Below are positions 32,802 through 40,210 of a stretch of 40,210 nt of DNA, one piece after another; within the stretch, counting starts at the first letter, position 1; every line of letters begins with the position of its first letter. Both the position numbers and the translations under genes were made by a program. This DNA comes from a virus (Duplodnaviria > Caudoviricetes): the IMG/VR virus record IMGVR_UViG_3300037785_000057, positions 1-40,210 of that record; one strand, given 5' to 3'. The notes under the pieces are model-generated. The model made no database searches. It saw only the letters and a list, made by a program, of their open reading frames with translations, and had not been told where the DNA came from.

Positions 32802-33151
32802 GTCGCCACTCCCGTCTCCGCTTCGAACTCGATCACCGCCCGGTTGCGCTGCACCGCGACGATCGAGCGGATGTTCCAAGACTCTCCCCGGGCCACGATC
32901 CGATCCGACTCGAGGATCGCCTCTGTCTCCGGAAACCGGGGCACGCGGATCGTCGCCATCCGTGGTGCGTCCAGAGCGCCGCCGTCCATGCGCTCCTTGC
33001 CGGTGCGCTCCAGCATGTCGGCCCAGACCTCGAGCGGGGCACCCTCGATCTCGATGTCCGCCCACGGCCCTGATTGTTCGTTGCCGTATCCGTCAGGCAC
33101 CGAACCGCGGCGCTGGAACCGGATCAGATCGGCAAAGGCGCCGGCCTTCAC
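32798..33151 (-). CDS. Head closure / head-tail adaptor
   Basis: MKAGAFADLIRFQR...DGYGN...WNIRSI. Confidence 0.85.
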   Translation of the reverse strand: MKAGAFADLIRFQRRGSVPDGYGNEQSGPWADIEIEGAPLEVWADMLERTGKERMDGGALDAPRMATIRVPRFPETEAILESDRIVARGESWNIRSIVAVQRNRAVIEFEAETGVAT

Positions 33152-33741
33152 GACATCACCCTGCGGTAGCGCGCGACGACAGCATCATGGCTGTGCGGGG
33201 TGTCGGCGAAGCCCGACCCGGCGATTGCCGTTTCGCGGTTCCAGTACCAGGTCGAGACCATTTGCTTGATCAGCAGCTTCAGATCCGGAGGCACCGCGGC
33301 GGCATCGCCGAACCCTGCGTCAAAGGCGATCGACACCGGATAGGCCTTGTCGTCGTAGACCGACGGGTCAGTGAAATCGTCGAGGAAGTGCACCGCCGGC
33401 CCACGCAGCCCCTCGATCACTTCGTACAGCGTATCGCTCACGGTCTGCTCGACATTGTCCTCGTCGCGGTAGCTCACCACGACGCTGGCCGCTGCCACAT
33501 CCGGGAACGGCAGGTGCAGGACCGGGCGCCAGTCCGGATAGTCCTGCCGCCATCTCTGGGTGACCAGGCACCGGCCCAGAACCCCGTGCCAGCCATCGAG
33601 ATGCGCCACGGCGGCAGAGATCATTTCGTCGAACGTGTCATCCTCTGCGGTGACCGCCGCCGGCACCCGGCAGTGCAGCTTCGCCTCCGCCCGCGAGACC
33701 GGAAGCTCGACGGGCGGAGTGATCGGGACCGGCGGCAGCAT
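33148..33741 (-). CDS. Head-tail connector (gp6-like)
   Basis: PVSRAEAKLHCRV, LGRCLVTQRW and VPPDLK...WYWNRE. Confidence 0.88.
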   Translation of the reverse strand: MLPPVPITPPVELPVSRAEAKLHCRVPAAVTAEDDTFDEMISAAVAHLDGWHGVLGRCLVTQRWRQDYPDWRPVLHLPFPDVAAASVVVSYRDEDNVEQTVSDTLYEVIEGLRGPAVHFLDDFTDPSVYDDKAYPVSIAFDAGFGDAAAVPPDLKLLIKQMVSTWYWNRETAIAGSGFADTPHSHDAVVARYRRVMS

Positions 33742-33746
33742 CGGCG

Positions 33747-34184
33747 TCAGGCCTGGTCTGCCTGCGGATTGTCGTCGCCCTTGGCGATGACCACCGCCGC
33801 GATCGGCGTCCCGGTCCCGTGGGTGCCCGAGAAGTCGGCCAGCAGCTTCAGGTAGCGCTTGCCGCCCACATAGCCGAACCGGTAGGCCGAGGCGGCCGCA
33901 TGCGCCGACGTGAGCGCCTTGACGATCCCGCCCGTGCCGACCGCATCCACGCCCAGCATGTCGGCGGCGGTGACGGCGGTATAGGTCACGTCGTCGTCCG
34001 AATGGGTCAGCTTGAACTCGACCTTGTTGGTCCCATTGAACGTGATCCCGCCCACACCGACCGACAGGACCAGCTCGGCGGCGTGATAGCCCTGCAGGTC
34101 GATGGCGGGCGGCGTGTTGTCCGCGTCCAGGATGGCCGCCGCGATGGCGACCAGGGCGGTGACGCCCGAGTGCATGTCTTTCAT
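33747..34184 (-). CDS. Capsid-adjacent structural protein (possible decoration protein)
   Basis: Directly after the major capsid gene; beta-rich; GYVGGKRY. Confidence 0.7.
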   Translation of the reverse strand: MKDMHSGVTALVAIAAAILDADNTPPAIDLQGYHAAELVLSVGVGGITFNGTNKVEFKLTHSDDDVTYTAVTAADMLGVDAVGTGGIVKALTSAHAAASAYRFGYVGGKRYLKLLADFSGTHGTGTPIAAVVIAKGDDNPQADQA

Positions 34185-34208
34185 TGGTCTGGTCTCCGAA
34201 AGGAAAAT

Positions 34209-34250
34209 CCGAAAGGGAGAAGACCCCGGACGGCACCGCCGCCCGGGGTT
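34209..34250 (-). terminator. Hairpin after the major capsid gene
   Basis: ACCCCGGGCGGC-GGT-GCCGTCCGGGGT followed by CTTCTCCCTTT. Confidence 0.5.
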
Positions 34251-34275
34251 GCGTCAGATCAGGTCACGCCGCCCG

Positions 34276-35571
34276 TCAGGACGTCGCGATCTTCATCAGC
34301 TTGATGGCCTCGAAGTTCTGGATCCCGCCGCCGACGCGCTTCGTGGTGTAGAAGTGGACGTAGGGCTTGTTCGTGAAGGGATCCCGCAGAACCCGGACAC
34401 CGAAGCGGTCCAGGATCAGGTAGCCGCGGGCGAAGTTGCCGAACGCCACCGGGAAGGTGTTGTTCGTCGCCACCGGCATGTTGTCGTCGGTGACGACCGG
34501 CTTGCCCATGAACGTCGGTAGCTCGGCAACGCCGTCGGGCAGGCGCCACATGAAGTTGCCGTCGCCATCCTTGAACTTCCGGACGCGGCCGGCGGTGAGG
34601 TCCGACATCAGCCACGACGCGCCGTTGCGGTACTGCTGCTTCAGCGCATGGTACAGATCGACGAAGGCATCCGCCGGGCTGGCCGTGCCCGTCGGCGCGA
34701 GGAAGTCGTCGGCCTTGCCCGAAGCGATGTAGCCGATCTTTCCCCAGGCGTAGGAGGCGTTGGCGACGGCGTCGTAGCCCAGGATGCCGCGGGGCTTGTT
34801 CACACCGTCGCCGGTGATGAAGGCCGCGCCCTCCTGCTCGGCGAACTCGATCGCCACCTCTCCGGCCAGCCACGCTGCCAGATCGAGCCGCGCATCGTCG
34901 AGCGACTTCTGCGTTGCCGCCGGGTTCGAGTAGATCTCGAACATGTTGAACACGAGCTCGCGCAGCGTCGGCGTGTCGGTCTCCGGGCGCGCCTGCTTTT
35001 CGCCGACCCAGCCAGACCCTGCGCCGCCCATGCTGATCAGCTTCTTGTACTGATCCGTGCCGAGGGTCAGGGAAGAGGCGAGGCCCCGCATCGCGCTGAC
35101 GGTCCCGACCACGCGATCCACTTCGGTCGCCATCTCCTCCGGCACCAGGTAGCCGCCATCGGGGTTGCTGTCCGTGGTCAGCGCGGCCTTGACCTCGAGG
35201 TCCGACAGATCGGCGTCGAGCCCGCGCTCGCCCTTGCGGAACCAATGGTTGAACGCCTTGGCATGTTCGGCCTTGGCCGGGTCGAGGTCGCCGCCACCCG
35301 CGCCGCCGGTCCGCAGCGCCGCCATCATCGCGTTGGTCTGGTCCAGCGCCTTCTGCAGCGAGGTGATCTCGGCATTGATCCGGTCGACCTTCTCGGACTG
35401 GACGACATCGCCCAGGCCCTTCTTGATGTCGTCGATCTCCTTCGTCCGCTCGGCCTTGAAGGCCTCGAACTCCACACGCATCGCGTTGAGGATGTCGGTC
35501 GGGCTCGCATCCGCGCGCACACCGCCGACGATGCCGCGCACCTTGCCCGGCGTCTTGAAATGCTTGGTCAT
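34276..35571 (-). CDS. Major capsid protein, HK97 fold
   Basis: Coiled-coil delta domain, DGGYLVP, AFITGDGVNKPRG, FGNF and KRVGG. Confidence 0.96.
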   Translation of the reverse strand: MTKHFKTPGKVRGIVGGVRADASPTDILNAMRVEFEAFKAERTKEIDDIKKGLGDVVQSEKVDRINAEITSLQKALDQTNAMMAALRTGGAGGGDLDPAKAEHAKAFNHWFRKGERGLDADLSDLEVKAALTTDSNPDGGYLVPEEMATEVDRVVGTVSAMRGLASSLTLGTDQYKKLISMGGAGSGWVGEKQARPETDTPTLRELVFNMFEIYSNPAATQKSLDDARLDLAAWLAGEVAIEFAEQEGAAFITGDGVNKPRGILGYDAVANASYAWGKIGYIASGKADDFLAPTGTASPADAFVDLYHALKQQYRNGASWLMSDLTAGRVRKFKDGDGNFMWRLPDGVAELPTFMGKPVVTDDNMPVATNNTFPVAFGNFARGYLILDRFGVRVLRDPFTNKPYVHFYTTKRVGGGIQNFEAIKLMKIATS

Positions 35572-35581
35572 GGTTGTCTCC

Positions 35582-36424
35582 TTACGACCGCATTGTTTCG
35601 ATCAGCTGCCGTGCGGCAGCATGCCAGTCGTCAGCGTCATGCGTGACGGTCGAGGCAGCGTCATGCGTGCCCCCCTTGACCTCGCCGATGAGGCTACGGC
35701 GCTCAGAGCGAGGCATTCCGGCGCGCGCCAGCATCGAGTCGATGCGGCGCACAGCGTTGACGGAGCCGCTCACGGCGGCCTGTGTGGGGTCGGTCATCGT
35801 ATCGACCGACAGGAAACCGTCGGCGAGTCCCTCGGCCACGGCGCGCTCGCCGTTGAACCAGGTCTCCTCGTCCATCCAGCGCGCGACGGCGGACTTCTCG
35901 ACCCCCGCGCGCTCGGCATAGACCGTGGCCATGGCATCGTCGAAAGGCTCGAGGGTGTCGGCGGCGGACCGCATGTCGTGCCGGTTTCCCATCGCGACGA
36001 CCCAGGCGTTGTGGATCATCAGAAATCCCGCCTTGCCGATCTCGACCCGGTCGCCCGCCATTGCGATGACCGAGGCGGCAGAGGCCGCGAGACCCAGCAC
36101 CCGCACCGTGACCTTTGCCTTGTGCGTGCGCAGCATGTTGTAGATCGCGACCCCTTCGAAGAAGTCACCGCCGGGGCTGTTCACATCGACGAAAACGTCC
36201 TGGTCGCCCATCGAGCGCAGCGCCGCCGCGACTCTTTTGGCCGTCACCCCGCCGCCGGACCAGTAATCCTCGCCGATGACGTCCAGCACCGAGATCGTGT
36301 TCTCGGGCATCTGGGCGGCGCGGACGCCGGGCGTCCATTTGTCCAGCGCCTCGGCATCAGCCTCGAAGGCGAAGGTCTCGGGCAGCCGCGCGGCGCTCAG
36401 TTCGGGAAGGGGGCGCAGGGTCAT
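35582..36424 (-). CDS. ClpP-like prohead protease
   Basis: VNSPGGDFFEG, GLAASAASVIAMAGD and MIHN motifs. Confidence 0.93.
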   Translation of the reverse strand: MTLRPLPELSAARLPETFAFEADAEALDKWTPGVRAAQMPENTISVLDVIGEDYWSGGGVTAKRVAAALRSMGDQDVFVDVNSPGGDFFEGVAIYNMLRTHKAKVTVRVLGLAASAASVIAMAGDRVEIGKAGFLMIHNAWVVAMGNRHDMRSAADTLEPFDDAMATVYAERAGVEKSAVARWMDEETWFNGERAVAEGLADGFLSVDTMTDPTQAAVSGSVNAVRRIDSMLARAGMPRSERRSLIGEVKGGTHDAASTVTHDADDWHAAARQLIETMRS

Positions 36425-36428
36425 CGTG

Positions 36429-37673
36429 TCATTCCTCCGGCGCCGGGTCGGCGCTGCTGGGGTCCTGCCCGCCGGCCGTGTTCGGCGGGTCGTAATAGAC
36501 ATCCCCGCCCTCGCGGGGGTTCATGTCTTCCAGGGCGCGGACATCGTTCGGAGACATCCAGCCCCACTGAAGCGCGCTCTGGTACTTTGCCGTGCGTGTC
36601 TTGCTGTCACCGCGCAGCAGCGCGTCACGGTTGAACCGGGCGTATATGCGCGGCTCGTCATCACCGATCAGGTCCCGGCTGATCGTCTCTTCCCAGGTCG
36701 TCAGCGGGTCCTCGAGCGTGTACTTGACGAAGGCGAGACCCATGTTCTCGATACCGGTGCCCCAGCTCGTGGCCTTGTCGGTGTCTCCGATCATGTGCGG
36801 CGGGACACCGAAGAACATCGCGATGTCACCGCGGCTGAAGCTCCGGCTCTCGATCCACTGGACGTCCTCGGGCGTCATCGAGATCGTCGATGTCTCCATG
36901 CCTTCTTCGAGGATCAGCGCCTTGCCCTCGGACTCGCCGCCCTGCCGGTATCGCTCTAGGCTGGCCACCAGGTTCTCGGTGGCGTCCTTGCTCAGTTGCG
37001 ACGGGTGCCGGAGCACGATGCTCGGGCGCGCCGCGCTCTTCATCGTCATGGCCCCATGCCGCTCCTGCGACAGGCTCAGCCCGATCGTCTCCTTGGCGTA
37101 GGAGATCACCGACAGGCCGGTGACGCCGTCCAGCGTCAGCCCGACCAGGTGCATCACCTCATCTGCGGCCAGCCGGACTTCACGGCCGTCCCGACGCCGG
37201 TAGACGTACCGGACGGTCAGATCGTCACCCTGCTCCGGCCGCATCCGGTCAGGGTCGAGCGGGTGCAGTGCGACCACCAGCCCACGACTCCGGACGATCA
37301 TCGCGTAGGCGTTGCCCCGCAGCAGCAGATGCGCGGTCAACATGCGCTTCAGCTGCGAAGGCGTCTGCCACCCGTTCGGTCGCCGCCGAAGCACGCGCCA
37401 GAGCGGATGGTCCGGAAGATCGCGACGGGTCAGATCGTCCACCCGCTCCTTGACGTGGATGGGCATGTTGCCCACCGCACCGGACACGAGACGGACGCAG
37501 CCATAGACAGCGGCGACCCGCATCGCGCTTTCAGGCGTGACAGCGACACCCGAGGCAGTGCCAAGCCCCGCCTGCCGGATCGCGCGCTCGAGGTCGTCGG
37601 AGCTGGTAATCCGCTTGCCGCCGGTCTTCGGTTGTGCGGCGGCCCGGATCCGCAGCCAGTTCAGAACACCCAT
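36429..37673 (-). CDS. Portal protein (HK97 family)
   Basis: AVYGCVRLVS, LLLRGNAY, IAMFFGVPP and NDVRALED. Confidence 0.95.
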   Translation of the reverse strand: MGVLNWLRIRAAAQPKTGGKRITSSDDLERAIRQAGLGTASGVAVTPESAMRVAAVYGCVRLVSGAVGNMPIHVKERVDDLTRRDLPDHPLWRVLRRRPNGWQTPSQLKRMLTAHLLLRGNAYAMIVRSRGLVVALHPLDPDRMRPEQGDDLTVRYVYRRRDGREVRLAADEVMHLVGLTLDGVTGLSVISYAKETIGLSLSQERHGAMTMKSAARPSIVLRHPSQLSKDATENLVASLERYRQGGESEGKALILEEGMETSTISMTPEDVQWIESRSFSRGDIAMFFGVPPHMIGDTDKATSWGTGIENMGLAFVKYTLEDPLTTWEETISRDLIGDDEPRIYARFNRDALLRGDSKTRTAKYQSALQWGWMSPNDVRALEDMNPREGGDVYYDPPNTAGGQDPSSADPAPEE

Positions 37674-37681
37674 CGCGCCCC

Positions 37682-37939
37682 CTATCCCTGCACCGGGATC
37701 GCCGGGCCGCTCAGCCCGTGGCGCCGCAGCACCGCGAACAGCTCTGGTGTCGTGATCGCGGCAAAGCCCACCGGCGTTACCTCGACAGCAACACTGCGGC
37801 CCTTATCCGTCAGCGCCAAAACCTCTGATGACAGGGCCTGCAGCTGCTCCGCGCTCCATGTCGCCACCTCCCGTTCGATGTAGGCACAGACCGCCTTCAC
37901 ATCGGTAATGTCCAATTGCACCGGCTGATACTTCGCCAT
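37682..37939 (-). CDS. Small protein inserted between terL and portal
   Basis: 85 aa, TGATG-coupled to terL. Confidence 0.55.
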   Translation of the reverse strand: MAKYQPVQLDITDVKAVCAYIEREVATWSAEQLQALSSEVLALTDKGRSVAVEVTPVGFAAITTPELFAVLRRHGLSGPAIPVQG

Positions 37940-39702
37940 CAGATCACCAGCACGCCGCGCTGCTCGTAGACCGAGGGTCCTGCGTCTTCTTCCTCGACCC
38001 CGCCCAGCGGCCACAGCGCGTTGATGAGGGCGGTGATCCCGTCGATCTTGTCCTCGGGCGAGAGCTTGGCCGGATAGGTCATGTCGCCCCCCTGCACCTG
38101 CTTCATCAGCGTGTTGCCCGCCATCCAGGCAAGGACCGGGTTGCCATCCGTCACCAGGCGGCCAGCCTCCACCAGTCCGACCAGCAGCTGGAACGGGACG
38201 TGCATGTTCTTCGCCCGGCTCTGCATCAGCGTCACCGGCAGGCCTGCGGACTCCCAGGCCATCGCCATCTGCGCGGCATAGGTCGGGTCCGCCGTGATCG
38301 CCTCGATGTCCAGCGGCGCGGTGTCGTGGAACGTGAAGGTCGGGACCGGCTGCCCGGCCAGGTCGAGGACCAGCGCCTCCACCAGCTTCAGATCCAGCAT
38401 CGGCCCCGGAGTCGTCCGGATCCAGCCGTCGCGCGCCCAGCCATAGAAATGTTCGTTGCCCGGCTTCTGCACCAGCGCGTCGGGCAGGAAATGCCAGGAG
38501 AACACCCGGTAGATGTCGTCATCCGGCAGGACCGCCACGACCGACGCGAAATCCCGCACCGTCGCCAGGTCCACCCCGATCAGCCCGCGGCGCCCGGCGA
38601 AGTCACCGATCCGCATCGCCTGGTCCTCGGCGGCGCGCCACTTCGGCATGTCCAGCGCAGCCGCGCCGATCGACGTCCAGATATCGAGATGCTTGCGCAA
38701 GAACTCGCCCATCGCGGCGGGTGAGGCCTGCGCCTTGGACCACTCGTCTTTCAGGTACTGTCGGCTCTTGGAGACGCCGAGGTTTGGGTTCGCCTTTTCC
38801 CAGGTCGCCGGATCGCCAGGCTCGTCGCCCTCGTCGGCCTCGAAGATCATCCCGAAGTAGCTCTCGTCGGGCGACACCTCGTCGAGGATGCGGCTCAGGT
38901 ACCGGCGCTGTTCGTAGCAGACCCCGGCGGTGTTGTGCCCCGCTGTCGTGATCGCGATCAGCAGGGGCTGCTCTCGCGCCCCCAGGGCAGAGGTCATTGC
39001 ATCCCAGACCCGGCGGTCGAGATGCTCGTGCAGCTCGTCCACGATGGCGCAGTGAGGGTTCTTCCCGTCCTGGCTCTTTGTCTGCGCCGCGACGGGCCGG
39101 TAGATCACCGACGGGTCCACCCGGTTCGTCTCCGGGTCCTTCCACTTGATCTTGTGCTCCTCGACCAGCAGGCCGATCAGCTCGGAGATCGTGCGCCCGT
39201 CCGGCCGGGACGCGCCAGCCATGGCCCGCGCCGCATCGAAGACGATCCGCGCCTGGTCCGTGCTGGACGCGGCGCTGAAGACCTTCGCGCCTTTCTCGCC
39301 ATCAACAGCGAGGAAGTAGAGCCCCACCGCCGCCAGCAGCGTCGATTTGCCGTTCTTCCTCGGGACCTCGATATAGGCGTAGCGGAACCGGCGGAGCCCG
39401 GTCTCGCGGTGCCGCCATCCATTGATCTGCCCCAGGGCGAAGGCCTGCCACCCTGACAGCTCCAGCAGCTCGCCCCGGTTGGCCCACTCCCCCTCGATGT
39501 GCGGGCACTCTTCCACGAAGGCGCACAGGTGCTCGGCGTACGTCGGCTCCCAGACATACGGGAACGCATCAGTCCCGGCCCGCTTCAGGTCCCGCTTGAA
39601 CCGCTTTGCTGCGGCAATGGCCTTGCGGCACGCCGGGATCCGCTTGGCAATGATCGAGTCCGCCCAGGCAAGCCCCCGATCGGTGATCGGCGTGTCAAGC
39701 AC
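37939..39702 (-). CDS. terL: Terminase large subunit
   Basis: Walker A VPRKNGKS, Walker B AIVDELH, ITTAG, GVDLA and KIDG. Confidence 0.96.
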   Translation of the reverse strand: MLDTPITDRGLAWADSIIAKRIPACRKAIAAAKRFKRDLKRAGTDAFPYVWEPTYAEHLCAFVEECPHIEGEWANRGELLELSGWQAFALGQINGWRHRETGLRRFRYAYIEVPRKNGKSTLLAAVGLYFLAVDGEKGAKVFSAASSTDQARIVFDAARAMAGASRPDGRTISELIGLLVEEHKIKWKDPETNRVDPSVIYRPVAAQTKSQDGKNPHCAIVDELHEHLDRRVWDAMTSALGAREQPLLIAITTAGHNTAGVCYEQRRYLSRILDEVSPDESYFGMIFEADEGDEPGDPATWEKANPNLGVSKSRQYLKDEWSKAQASPAAMGEFLRKHLDIWTSIGAAALDMPKWRAAEDQAMRIGDFAGRRGLIGVDLATVRDFASVVAVLPDDDIYRVFSWHFLPDALVQKPGNEHFYGWARDGWIRTTPGPMLDLKLVEALVLDLAGQPVPTFTFHDTAPLDIEAITADPTYAAQMAMAWESAGLPVTLMQSRAKNMHVPFQLLVGLVEAGRLVTDGNPVLAWMAGNTLMKQVQGGDMTYPAKLSPEDKIDGITALINALWPLGGVEEEDAGPSVYEQRGVLVI

Positions 39703-40141
39703 CGCGGCGCCCGATCGGCTTGAACGGCGTCACGGTATTGTCGCCGCCCGACTCCTTGGGTGCGGACACCAGGTAATCAATGAACGTGGACTGCGCAGGG
39801 AGGCCAGCCTTCACCCGCTGGTAGGGCGTGCCGAGCAGCTCTTTCTCCAGCATCGCCAGCTTGTTCGCATGCAGCGACCGTTTCTGATCCGCAGGCGTGA
39901 TCGCCATGTCGGGCCGCTGTTGTTCGACCTCGTTTTCTCGGATCGCTGCCGTGATCCTCTCATAGGAGGCCCGGTCGTCAGCGTAGCGGATCACCATGCC
40001 GAAGATGATCTCGTCAACGACCTTCTCCCGCCGCATCCGTGCAAGCAGGCTGCGGCCATGCTGAAGCTCGAGCGCGCCAAAGTGATCAGGCCAGCCGCCC
40101 AGCATCTCGGCCAGCACGTCCAGCCCCGCCGCATCATCCAT
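39695..40141 (-). CDS. terS: Terminase small subunit (P27-like)
   Basis: Directly upstream of terL; ELLGTPYQR motif; AGGAG RBS before ATG 40141 (the track start 40210 lies in the cos region). Confidence 0.75.
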   Translation of the reverse strand: MDDAAGLDVLAEMLGGWPDHFGALELQHGRSLLARMRREKVVDEIIFGMVIRYADDRASYERITAAIRENEVEQQRPDMAITPADQKRSLHANKLAMLEKELLGTPYQRVKAGLPAQSTFIDYLVSAPKESGGDNTVTPFKPIGRRGA

Positions 40142-40210
40142 TCGCCGCTCCTGTGCACCATTGCACCGCCAGACCCCCCCCCCAGAAAAGCCCGCGCGGA
40201 AAAATTTCAT

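Larger units (their letters stand above)
1..40210. mobile_element. Temperate cos-type siphovirus genome, apparently complete and circularly joinable
   Basis: Head, tail, lysis, integration, immunity and replication modules are all present and no host genes are visible. Joining the ends gives ...GCA AC|A TGA on the minus strand, closing the HNH ORF. Confidence 0.92.

Noticed and set aside
26982-34184. Gene transfer agent cluster
   Set aside because: Tail genes are GTA-like, but integrase, repressor, replication, HNH/cos and lysis modules indicate a true temperate phage.
40142-40210. N-terminal extension MKFFRAGFSGGG... of terS
   Set aside because: It translates the cos-like A/T and G runs; the internal ATG at 40141 has a clear AGGAG RBS.

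Overview
The window looks like one complete temperate siphovirus genome of about 40.2 kb with high GC. The head is HK97-like and the tail lambdoid/GTA-like; an alphaproteobacterial, probably Rhodobacteraceae-type, host is inferred from gene content. It is opened at the cos region: joining the two ends completes an HNH endonuclease gene that the ORF track misses. On the minus strand from the right end lie terminase, portal, ClpP-like protease, capsid, neck and tail genes (with an A-AAA-AAG chaperone frameshift). These are followed by a receptor-binding cassette (beta-helix spike, DUF285/BspA repeat protein, DUF4376 protein, heme-oxygenase-like gene) and a lysis cassette whose lysozyme is fused to three membrane helices. 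The centre holds a MazG-like gene, an attP resembling a tRNA 3' end, a tyrosine integrase, an excisionase and a plus-strand early operon (Gp37/Gp68, DUF2303, many small genes). The left end holds a cro/cI switch with 17-bp operators, an MT-A70 methyltransferase, a replication initiator with a phased iteron array, and a pR'/tR'-like late control region. The most unusual signals are the orphan heme oxygenase in the tail cassette, an antisense mini-ORF resembling the C-terminus of a repressor that lacks a protease domain, a non-Q candidate late antiterminator, a CCUCCUCCC-loop hairpin and repeated gene-junction linkers. All calls come from reading motifs and gene order by eye; no database searches were run.
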